In this document: positions 35,594-43,422 of the stretch, piece by piece
Layout of the letters: every line of letters starts with the position of its first letter
How positions within the stretch are numbered: position 1 is the first letter of the stretch
Source of the DNA: Candidatus Sericytochromatia bacterium
GTDB taxonomy: Bacteria; Cyanobacteriota; Sericytochromatia; S15B-MN24; JAQBPE01
Direction: 5' to 3'
Assembly: GCA_035285325.1 (NCBI GenBank)
Contig: JAYKJB010000021.1
Location: 18,549 to 82,548 of the forward strand
DNA: 64,000 bases
The notes under the pieces: model-generated
The model's input: only the letters and a program-made list of their open reading frames with translations
Databases searched by the model: none
What the model was told of the DNA's origin: nothing
Translations under genes and position numbers: made by a program

Positions 35594-38188
35594 GTGATGC
35601 CGATGCCCCCCGTCATTTATTGTCCTGAATGCGACGCCGAGAATGAGGCCAAAAGCCTCGTCTGCCTGGCCTGTGGTCACGCGTTCAAGGGTGATCCGAC
35701 GGCCCTGCTGTTCTCCCACGCCACGGCTCCTACCCACGCCCCCCCGCCCCCGGTGGCCTCGCCCGCCACCGATCACCCCGTCGGCAGTGGCCTGCTGCCA
35801 GCTGACAGCGTGCTGCAGAACCGCTACCGCATCACGCAGCTGCTGGGGCAGGGGGGCATGGGAGCGGTCTATCTGGCCAGCGATGCGCGCTTCTCTTCCC
35901 GGACCTGCGTGATCAAGGAAATGCTGGACCATTTCAACGATCCGGAACAGCGGGCGCAGGCCACCGAAAGCTTTCACCGCGAAGCCGATTTACTGGCCAC
36001 CTTCAAACATCCGGGTATCCCGGAAGTCTACGATCGTTTCACCGAGGCCAACCGACACTATCTGGTGATGGAATACATCAACGGGGTGGATCTAGAGCAA
36101 CGCTTGCTCGACAACGGGCTCCCTTTCACGGAGAAGGAGGTCATCGATTGGTCGATTCAATGTTGTGACGTGCTGTCCTACCTGCACCACCAGAACCCTC
36201 CCATCATCTACCGCGACATGAAGCCCGCCAATATCATCACGACCCATTGGGGCAAGGCGTACCTGGTGGACTTCGGCATTGCGAGGTTTTTCAATCCCGT
36301 GACCCGCGGCACGATGATTGGCACCCAAGGGTATGCCCCGCCCGAGCAGTATCGGGGACAGGTGGACCCCCGCTCGGACATTTACGCCTTGGGCGCCACC
36401 ATGCACTACCTCCTGACCGGACGCGACCCTCAAAACGAGGCGCCCTTCAGCTTCCCGCCCGTCAGCACCTTGAACGCTTCGGTGTCGCCTGAGATGGAGA
36501 TGCTGATTCTCAAGGCGCTTGATCCGGAGCCGGACAATCGCTTTGCCAGCGCGGATGAAATGCTGGGGCAGTTGATGGCCATCGGTGGGGATGAAACCAA
36601 TTTCGTCCGCGATTGCCCCCATTGCGGACACCGCTCCTCAGTGACCAGGCAGTTCTGCCCGAACTGCAAGCAATACATTTCGAAAAAGGCCCACGTGCTC
36701 AAGCCGCAAGACGGCACGGGCACGATCATGACCGACGCAGCGGGATACCATCAGGTCAAGGCGGCAGGGCGCACCGCAGGCCTGGTGGCTGGCAACCGCT
36801 CCGCCACCGCCACCGTGCTGGCCGTTCCCACCGGTCGGGTCGATTTCTCGCTGCGACGCGTGTCGCCGCTGGCCCTCGGCGCCGTCCTGACCGCCGGCCT
36901 CGCCCTGTCTGGCTGGCTGAGCTGGCAATGGTGGAACTCTCGCCCCGAGCCCATCACGAGCGAGGGCCAGACCTGTTTTATGCCGGGAGACCGTCCAGCC
37001 AAGGCAGAGGGCCAGGCGGCCTTTGCCCGCGGCCAGTTCGTTCAGGCGGTCGATGCCTACAGGCGTGCCATCGAGCAGACACCTGCGGATGGCGAAGCCC
37101 GCATTTACCTGCAAAATGCTCACGTGCGCCTGGCCAAGGCGGATAGCGTGAAGGTGGCGATCGCCGGGGCATTCTCCGGACAGCGCTCTCCTCTCGCGCA
37201 GGACATGCTGAGAGGGGCCGCTTTGGCCCAGCAACAGGCCAACGCCAGGGGACGTCTTCCCAAGATTCAACTGACCTTGCTGGACGATGCTGGGTCGACC
37301 TTGCGGGCGCTGGAAGGGGCCGATCTGGTCAGCCACGACCCAAGCCTGGTAGGTGTTTTGGGGCATCTCGGCACCCAGACGACCCAGGCGGCCTTGAAGC
37401 GTTACGCTGACGGCGGTGTTCCCGTCATCACGCTGGTGCCGGGCTCCTGGGACGCCCTGGATGCTCCCAAAGCCTTGGTGCGGTTTGCCGGTGGGGAAGC
37501 AGACTGGGCAGCGGCTTGGATCGACCAGGCCAAGCGGGTGTGGCGGGCCGACAAGGTAATCCTGCTCGAGTCGGGTGACGAGCGGAGCGGACGCAGCGCA
37601 ATGGGAACCCATGTGAGTCGCTGGGCCGTCGAAAAGGGCCTGGGGTATGAGACGGTGAGTTGGGAAGCACAGAATTCAGCGAGCATTCTCAGCCAGCTCA
37701 AGCCCCAGGCGAAGACGGTGCTGTTGTGGGCCGGCAATCTGGAGGACGCCGTGAGAATCAAATCAGACCTCGCGAGTGCAGGAAGCAAGGCCCCTCTGCT
37801 GGCGGGCCCGCTCGCTTACCAGCCTGAACGGTTGGCCGGGCTGGGGGCGGCGGCCGAAGGCCTCACGTGCCTGGTCCCTTACGCCGTGGACCACCGAATG
37901 GCCGGTTCCAGCGATTACGAAATGGAGTTTCGCAATCGCTTCCAGACCGAGCCGGGCTGGATGGCCTCCCTCACCTACGATGCCCTGGCCTACCTCGTCC
38001 AGGCCCTCGACCGAGTGGGGCCCCATCGTGACGCGCTGGGCAATGCCTTGCTCAGTTTGGGGCAGAACGGTCACCGAGGGCTGATAGGCCCCTTGCATCT
38101 CAATCGCGATGGCGAAGCCCGGCGTCCTATGGAACTATTCGAAGTTCGTTCGGGACGCTACACTTCCCTGCGCCTGACCGGAATGTGA
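35594..38188 (+). CDS. Ser/Thr protein kinase with N-terminal and juxtamembrane zinc ribbons, one TM, and periplasmic type-1 (LivJ-like) solute-binding sensor domain
   Basis: The kinase looks active: 'LGQGGMGAVYLA', 'CVIKEM', 'YRDMKPANI', 'DFGIAR' and 'GTQGYAPPE'. The zinc ribbons are 'CPECDAENEAKSLVCLACGH' and 'CPHCGHRSSVTRQFCPNCKQ'. A TM segment 'LALGAVLTAGLALSGWL' precedes a Peripla_BP_6-like domain of about 400 aa with a TPR. Confidence 0.9.
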   Translation: MMPMPPVIYCPECDAENEAKSLVCLACGHAFKGDPTALLFSHATAPTHAPPPPVASPATDHPVGSGLLPADSVLQNRYRITQLLGQGGMGAVYLASDARFSSRTCVIKEMLDHFNDPEQRAQATESFHREADLLATFKHPGIPEVYDRFTEANRHYLVMEYINGVDLEQRLLDNGLPFTEKEVIDWSIQCCDVLSYLHHQNPPIIYRDMKPANIITTHWGKAYLVDFGIARFFNPVTRGTMIGTQGYAPPEQYRGQVDPRSDIYALGATMHYLLTGRDPQNEAPFSFPPVSTLNASVSPEMEMLILKALDPEPDNRFASADEMLGQLMAIGGDETNFVRDCPHCGHRSSVTRQFCPNCKQYISKKAHVLKPQDGTGTIMTDAAGYHQVKAAGRTAGLVAGNRSATATVLAVPTGRVDFSLRRVSPLALGAVLTAGLALSGWLSWQWWNSRPEPITSEGQTCFMPGDRPAKAEGQAAFARGQFVQAVDAYRRAIEQTPADGEARIYLQNAHVRLAKADSVKVAIAGAFSGQRSPLAQDMLRGAALAQQQANARGRLPKIQLTLLDDAGSTLRALEGADLVSHDPSLVGVLGHLGTQTTQAALKRYADGGVPVITLVPGSWDALDAPKALVRFAGGEADWAAAWIDQAKRVWRADKVILLESGDERSGRSAMGTHVSRWAVEKGLGYETVSWEAQNSASILSQLKPQAKTVLLWAGNLEDAVRIKSDLASAGSKAPLLAGPLAYQPERLAGLGAAAEGLTCLVPYAVDHRMAGSSDYEMEFRNRFQTEPGWMASLTYDALAYLVQALDRVGPHRDALGNALLSLGQNGHRGLIGPLHLNRDGEARRPMELFEVRSGRYTSLRLTGM

Positions 38189-38206
38189 ACGCCGTGCGCC
38201 TTCCCG

Positions 38207-39874
38207 TTGCAAGCCATCAAAGGACGGAATGCCATGCTTGTTGACCAACTCCAGCCGCTTGATGCGGGCGCGATGCTGGCGGATCGCTATCGGGTCGAAC
38301 GTTTTCTGGAATTCAAGCACGGTTCGAACATGTACCGGGCGATCGACACGGTCACCAACTACGTGGTGATCGTGAAGGAACAGCCGGACGCGATGAAAGC
38401 CTTCACGCAACTACAGGGCGGAGAGTGGGCAGAGCAAAGTGCCGGGAATCCCTATCAGGGTGAGTTCCTGATTCTGCGCTCGGTCAGCTATCCCACGGTC
38501 GTGAAGGCTCTGGACATCTTCAAGAACGAGGGACGGGCCTACCTGATCATCGAGCAATTGGAAGGCCGGGATCTGGGCTACTACATGACCCAGAATCAGG
38601 TGACGGTGCAGCAATCGCTGGAATGGATGATTCAGCTCTGTCAATCGATCAGCCAGCTTCATCGAAGGCAGATACTCCACCTTGACCTTCACCCGCGCTG
38701 CATCGTCGTGGCGCCTGACAATCAGCGGGTGCGCCTGACGGGTTTCCACCGCGCCGTCGTCCTGCCCTTGGCCGCGGAGGCCACCATCGGGGCCACTGCG
38801 GGCTACTCGAGCCCTGAGCAGATGGGAATCTACGAACTGCCCATCGATGCTCGCTCGGATATCTACTCGCTGGGAGCCATCTGGTTTCAGTTGCTGACGG
38901 GTACCAATCCCGCCGACCTCGTGGAGGCCGAGTGGGGCACACTATTTCCGGCGGTGAGTGAGTCTTTGGTGGCGCTGCATCCACAGATCGCGCGGATTGT
39001 CACCAAGATGCTGGAGTCCGACCCCGAGCGTCGTTACGAATCCATCAACGATCTGAAAAACGAATTACTGGAACTGATCAACAACCCGTTGCGGCGAACC
39101 GGCCACTATTCCGATGTCGGCATGGTGCGCGAGGGCAACGAAGACGCCGTGGGACTGCGCGACATTGAATTCGTCAACCTTTCTCGCCAGCGCGGCCTGG
39201 GCCTCTATGTCGTGGCCGATGGCATGGGCGGCGTCAATGCCGGCGAGGTGGCGTCCTCGATCGCCATCGAAGAGTCCTTGGCGACGTTGGAGCAGGAACT
39301 GCCGTTTTCCCGTCTGGAACACGCGATCGATCCCAGTGAGATGATCCAAGCCGCCCTGACAACCGCCATCAAACGAGCCAATCTTCGCATTTACGAAACC
39401 GGTCGGGGAGATGAACGCCTTTCCGGCATGGGCACAACCCTGACGATTGGCGTCGTGTTCGGCCAGATCCTGTATGTGGGCCACGTGGGGGATAGCCGAG
39501 CCTATGTGATCAATCGCTGGGGCATCGAAAAAGTCAGCCGAGACCACTCGCTGGTCGGGCGCCTGGTCGAGATTGGTCAGATCACCGAGGAGGAAGCCCT
39601 CGTGCATCCTCAGCGCAACCTGATTTACCGGGCGCTGGGTACCTATCCGAACGTGGAAGTGGATACGTATCAACGATCCCTGAAACTGGGTGACTGGGTG
39701 CTGCTTTGCAGTGATGGGCTGACTGGACACCTCAAGGACCCGGAACTACAATCTATCGTTTCCGAACACAGCGATCCGCAACTGGCTGCTCAACATCTCG
39801 TGAATCTGGCGAATTTGCGCGGAGGGGAAGATAACATCTCCGTGGTGCTCGTCAATCTTGCCGAATACACCTGA
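38207..39874 (+). CDS. Pseudokinase-PP2C fusion: kinase-like N-domain lacking the DFG Asp, plus active PP2C Ser/Thr phosphatase
   Basis: The kinase-like region has 'YVVIVKE', a catalytic loop 'LHLDLHPRCIVV' where K has become H and N has become C, and 'LTGFHRA' in place of DFG. The PP2C part has 'LYVVADGMGG', 'VGDSRAYV', 'LLCSDGLTGH' and 'GGEDNISVVLV'. Confidence 0.85.
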   Translation: MQAIKGRNAMLVDQLQPLDAGAMLADRYRVERFLEFKHGSNMYRAIDTVTNYVVIVKEQPDAMKAFTQLQGGEWAEQSAGNPYQGEFLILRSVSYPTVVKALDIFKNEGRAYLIIEQLEGRDLGYYMTQNQVTVQQSLEWMIQLCQSISQLHRRQILHLDLHPRCIVVAPDNQRVRLTGFHRAVVLPLAAEATIGATAGYSSPEQMGIYELPIDARSDIYSLGAIWFQLLTGTNPADLVEAEWGTLFPAVSESLVALHPQIARIVTKMLESDPERRYESINDLKNELLELINNPLRRTGHYSDVGMVREGNEDAVGLRDIEFVNLSRQRGLGLYVVADGMGGVNAGEVASSIAIEESLATLEQELPFSRLEHAIDPSEMIQAALTTAIKRANLRIYETGRGDERLSGMGTTLTIGVVFGQILYVGHVGDSRAYVINRWGIEKVSRDHSLVGRLVEIGQITEEEALVHPQRNLIYRALGTYPNVEVDTYQRSLKLGDWVLLCSDGLTGHLKDPELQSIVSEHSDPQLAAQHLVNLANLRGGEDNISVVLVNLAEYT

Positions 39875-39924
39875 CCGTTTTTGAACCACAGAAACGCCCT
39901 TGCCCAAGAAAGGACGCGCCATCC

Positions 39925-40392
39925 ATGATCGTCTGTCCCAACTGCCACGCTGAAAACAAAGACGGCGTCAGTTACTGCGACGAATGCGGCACAAAACTGG
40001 AAGATGCCGTGAAACCAGCCCAGGTGGCCGCTGCGGAGATGTCGACCGGAGAAATGGGCCCGCCCGCCCAGCTGGTGATCACGCGCGGCGGAACGGTGGG
40101 CCGGGAGTTCCCACTGGAACAACGGGGGGAAACCCACATTGGCCGTTGGGATCCGGATGGTGGCGCATTTCCGGAAGTGGACCTGACCCAAGATGATCCC
40201 GAAGCCAAGATTTCCCGCAAGCATGCGCGAATCTTCTTCCGAGGCGGCGCCTATCACCTCGAAGACGTGGGGTCTCTGAATGGCACCTTTGTGAATCGGG
40301 GTTCCCGCTTGATGCCCGGCTCGCCGCAAGAGCTCAGAAATGGGGACGAACTGCTGTTGGGCAAAACGTTCTTCCGCTTCCAGTTGACCTGA
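39925..40392 (+). CDS. FHA-domain protein with N-terminal zinc ribbon
   Basis: 'CPNCHAENKDGVSYCDECG' is a zinc ribbon. The FHA core is 'THIGRW…ISRKHARIFFRGGAYHLEDVGSLNGTFVNRGSRL…GDELLLGKTFFRF'. Confidence 0.85.
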   Translation: MIVCPNCHAENKDGVSYCDECGTKLEDAVKPAQVAAAEMSTGEMGPPAQLVITRGGTVGREFPLEQRGETHIGRWDPDGGAFPEVDLTQDDPEAKISRKHARIFFRGGAYHLEDVGSLNGTFVNRGSRLMPGSPQELRNGDELLLGKTFFRFQLT

Positions 40393-40422
40393 CGGCGGCC
40401 CTCGCCGGACGTTGAAGGGGAA

Positions 40423-40454
40423 GGCCTCCGCTGCGCGCCGGCGGAGGCCTTTCT
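40423..40454 (+). terminator. Rho-independent terminator after the FHA gene
   Basis: GGCCTCCGC, a 9-nt loop, then GCGGAGGCC followed by TTTCT, 30 nt after the stop. Confidence 0.6.
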
Positions 40455-40476
40455 ACCAGAAGTTGGGTTCGCCCCC

Positions 40477-40504
40477 TTGAATCTGTCTACCATTCCTGTA
40501 TACT
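40477..40504 (+). promoter_or_regulatory. Sigma70-type promoter (TTGAAT, 16 nt, TATACT) for the HTH-TPR gene
   Basis: -35 at 40477-40482 and -10 at 40499-40504, 37 nt upstream of the ATG at 40542. Confidence 0.45.
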
Positions 40505-40541
40505 GAAAACACACCGCGCTTTCAGTCACGGGAGAGAGGCC

Positions 40542-41678
40542 ATGTCAGAACCCAATCCCAGCTTCGGCCAGATGATTGCGGAAGGCATGCGGCTTAAAGG
40601 CCTGGATTACCGAACGCTCGGCAAGCTGATCGGGGTCTCTCACGGCTATCTGTGGCAGATGGTGAGTGCCGACAAGCGCGCCATCAACGACCCCGGACTG
40701 AAACGCAAGCGACCGAGTGAAGCCGTCGTCAGGCAGCTGGCCGAAACGCTGGAACTGGACCCGAAGGCCATGTTGCGAGCGGCCGGCCACGACGTGGACG
40801 GCATTGACTTGACCATTTCCGGCCCGACCCGTTACACCCCCTATCCCGTCACGGCGCGTCAGCTTTACCAGGATGGGGTTCAGGCCGCGGCCAAGGGCCA
40901 CGCCGACCGTGCCGTGGCCCTGCTGGAAGCAGCCCTTCAGCAGGGGGGTGTCTCCGTCGTCAATGTGCACGCGGGGCTGGGAATGGCCCATTTCCAGGCG
41001 GGCCGCTACGAGGAGGCCATCGGGGAATTCGACGCCTGTCTGAACACCTCCGCAGAGGATCGCGAGGGGGCCATCGCAACGGCCGACCTGCATTACAATC
41101 GCGGCCTGGCGCATCAACGCCGGGCCCGTCAGGCCCAAGGGGAGGCTCAGCGGGCCCACCGCATCCGAGCGGGGGCGGACTTTCGGCGCGCCATCGCCCT
41201 CGAAGGAGACAGCCAGGACCTCTATTACTCGGCGCTCTGTTACATGTGCCTGGAGCGAAATCAGGCGCGGCGCGTGCTGGTCTACGGCAGCGATTTCCTC
41301 CACCGTCAAACCACAGGACATACCCGCCACACCACCGCCGCCTTGGACATCCACCTGTTCATGGCCTACGCGCACGTTTCCATCGGCGGCGGCGTTGCCC
41401 CCGCGCACGCCATCGCCATGGTCGACATCACCCTGCAACTGTGTGACACCTACTGGTTCGCTCACTTCGTCAAATCGGCGCTTCTGGCGACTCGGACAGC
41501 GGGACACGCCCGCCGACGCCAGGCGTGCCTGGAGGCGGGATTGTTCCACGTGCGTCGGGCGATCCAACTGCACCCCCCGGCTCGGGACCATTACCAGCGC
41601 GAATTGCAAGGCGACTTCGTGAACTGGCAAGCGGAGCCAGCCTTTACCCGGTTACTGACAGCTGAGGAGGCCACCTGA
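40542..41678 (+). CDS. XRE-type HTH plus TPR-repeat regulator
   Basis: The N-terminal 'GLDYRTLGKLIGVSHGYLWQMVSADKR' is an HTH. Several TPR units follow ('YQDGVQAAAKGHADRAVALLEAALQQ', 'HFQAGRYEEAIGEFDACL'). Confidence 0.75.
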   Translation: MSEPNPSFGQMIAEGMRLKGLDYRTLGKLIGVSHGYLWQMVSADKRAINDPGLKRKRPSEAVVRQLAETLELDPKAMLRAAGHDVDGIDLTISGPTRYTPYPVTARQLYQDGVQAAAKGHADRAVALLEAALQQGGVSVVNVHAGLGMAHFQAGRYEEAIGEFDACLNTSAEDREGAIATADLHYNRGLAHQRRARQAQGEAQRAHRIRAGADFRRAIALEGDSQDLYYSALCYMCLERNQARRVLVYGSDFLHRQTTGHTRHTTAALDIHLFMAYAHVSIGGGVAPAHAIAMVDITLQLCDTYWFAHFVKSALLATRTAGHARRRQACLEAGLFHVRRAIQLHPPARDHYQRELQGDFVNWQAEPAFTRLLTAEEAT

Positions 41679-42400
41679 TGTTGCACCGAATCCTGAAGCC
41701 GGTCCAGGCCTCCCTGACCCTGCTGATCGCCATGAGTCTGGGGGGGTGCCTCCTGCCGCAACCCGATACCCCGATCGTCCCCCCCTTGCTCGGAGGCCTC
41801 AAAGGGGCCCCGATGGCAGCGGCCCCGCCACTCGCGAAACGGCCTGACCTGAGCACCAAGGAACCCCTGAAACAGGAAAACACGCCGCTCACAGCCGGCC
41901 CACTCACCGACGGACCTCTGACAGCCGCGGGCCCGGCCCTGAGTGCCCCTCTGCCCTCAGCCGCCGCCTCCGCAGCCCCCATTCCCACGGCGGGAGACCT
42001 CGCAGCCAGCGTGGGCTCCCTCGAACCTCCGGCCGCTCCCGCCGCGACGATGGGGTCGGTCCGCGCGGAGGGAGCCGCCCAGCGCGCGTCCGAAACCGTT
42101 TCGGCCGATGAGTTGGTCGCCTCGCAAGCCGCTACCATCACGGCAGAATGGCCAACCGGTCTTGGTGTCGGCCTGGTGGAGCTCCGGGCCATCGCGACCG
42201 ATCGGCCGTGGTCATTCTCCAACGGTCAGACTCAGCGCGTACCGGCAGGAGACTACCGAGTCTCGGCCAACCGCGACAAGGTGAGGCTGGAGTCGGATGA
42301 AAACCTGCGCCTGAAGGCGGGAACGGCCAAGCGAATTCGTCTCAGCATCGCCTCTGAGACCCTCCAATTCACGGTAGAGGAGCTTTCCCCAGCGCCGTGA
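41678..42400 (+). CDS. Hypothetical lipoprotein (Ala/Pro-rich linker plus small C-terminal beta domain)
   Basis: Its start overlaps the HTH-TPR stop in an ATGA arrangement. Lipobox 'AMSLGGC'. No known domain. Confidence 0.55.
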   Translation: MLHRILKPVQASLTLLIAMSLGGCLLPQPDTPIVPPLLGGLKGAPMAAAPPLAKRPDLSTKEPLKQENTPLTAGPLTDGPLTAAGPALSAPLPSAAASAAPIPTAGDLAASVGSLEPPAAPAATMGSVRAEGAAQRASETVSADELVASQAATITAEWPTGLGVGLVELRAIATDRPWSFSNGQTQRVPAGDYRVSANRDKVRLESDENLRLKAGTAKRIRLSIASETLQFTVEELSPAP

Positions 42401-42507
42401 CCCCTGGCCGCCAGGCCTTAACGCGCGAACCGCTCAGCTGCTTTCAGCGGCTGGAGGCCATCGCTTACGCCCCTAAACCGTGGAGGCGTCGGCCGGCTGA
42501 GCAGTCG

Positions 42508-42732
42508 CTAGCGGGGCTCGTTCGCCGAGGAGTCGTGCTTGAGCATGTCCGGCAGCAGGTCAAGGGCAGCCTCGTAACGGGCTCGCTCACGGGGGTCCGG
42601 CAAACGAGCGATCAACGCGTTCAAGGCACGTTGCTGGGTGCGCAGATTCCGAGCAGTGACCTCCGCGAAGCCTTTTTCAATGTCGGCACGCACCTCATCG
42701 GGCGTTCGTTCCCCTGCCTCAGCCACATCCAT
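42508..42732 (-). CDS. Small hypothetical protein of about 75 aa
   Basis: ORF with a start at MDVAEAG…. It is helical and charged. Weak support only. Confidence 0.3.
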   Translation of the reverse strand: MDVAEAGERTPDEVRADIEKGFAEVTARNLRTQQRALNALIARLPDPRERARYEAALDLLPDMLKHDSSANEPR

Positions 42733-43352
42733 CACTCCCATACCAGCGGCGGGAGAGAGGTGTCCTCTCCCTTCAGGCCAACCCCATCCCAAGCGTAATG
42801 TTCTCGCCGCAACGTGCCACGGGGTTTCTCAAACTGAAGGCGAAGCCCGCGCGTGGCCACAGGCTGCATCGTCAGCGCCAGCTGACGTCGCCGCAACACC
42901 ACCTCAAATCCAGCTGTGGGAGCGGAGCGTCGAAACACCATGACGGTTTGCTTGCCAACCGGCCCGTGAGGCTGCCCACGCGCCACCAGTTCCTCCACGC
43001 CATCTCCGTCGAGATCGCGAACTTCCAGCGCGGTGAGCCTGCCAGGAACCGATCGACCGGCCTTGGAAACAAATTGCACACGTTCGAAGTCGTGGGCCGT
43101 GCGTCGGTACAGGACGATGCGGCTTTCATCGTCCCAGGCGCTGATGCTGCTCTGCTCCGGGGCGTGAATCGCGATCGCCCACTCACCGGTCTTGAGGCGC
43201 ACAGCGGCGTGTGGGGTATGCCCCAATGCCAGCAAGCGCTGCCCGACGGCCGCACGCACGAACAGGACCAACGGATCAGGCTGAGGCGCAGGGGCGGCCG
43301 CCAGGCTGAGAGCAGCGAGGAGCAGCCAGACCACGGGGGGCAAACGCGACAT
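42732..43352 (-). CDS. Secreted hypothetical protein with FG-GAP/VCBS-like DxDGDG motif
   Basis: Signal peptide 'VVWLLLAALSLAAAPAPQP' and 'VRDLDGDGVEELV'. Confidence 0.5.
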   Translation of the reverse strand: MSRLPPVVWLLLAALSLAAAPAPQPDPLVLFVRAAVGQRLLALGHTPHAAVRLKTGEWAIAIHAPEQSSISAWDDESRIVLYRRTAHDFERVQFVSKAGRSVPGRLTALEVRDLDGDGVEELVARGQPHGPVGKQTVMVFRRSAPTAGFEVVLRRRQLALTMQPVATRGLRLQFEKPRGTLRREHYAWDGVGLKGEDTSLPPLVWE

Positions 43353-43422
43353 GGCGGCATGTTACCCCATCCACGGGCAAGTTGCCGCTCCCATTTCCCA
43401 GGGTGACAGGCCCCCGTGTAGC

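Noticed and set aside
42397-42798. A plus-strand ORF (133 aa) overlapping two minus-strand ORFs.
   Set aside because: It has no RBS or domain signal. One of the overlapped minus-strand ORFs has a clear signal peptide, so the plus-strand frame is considered a shadow.
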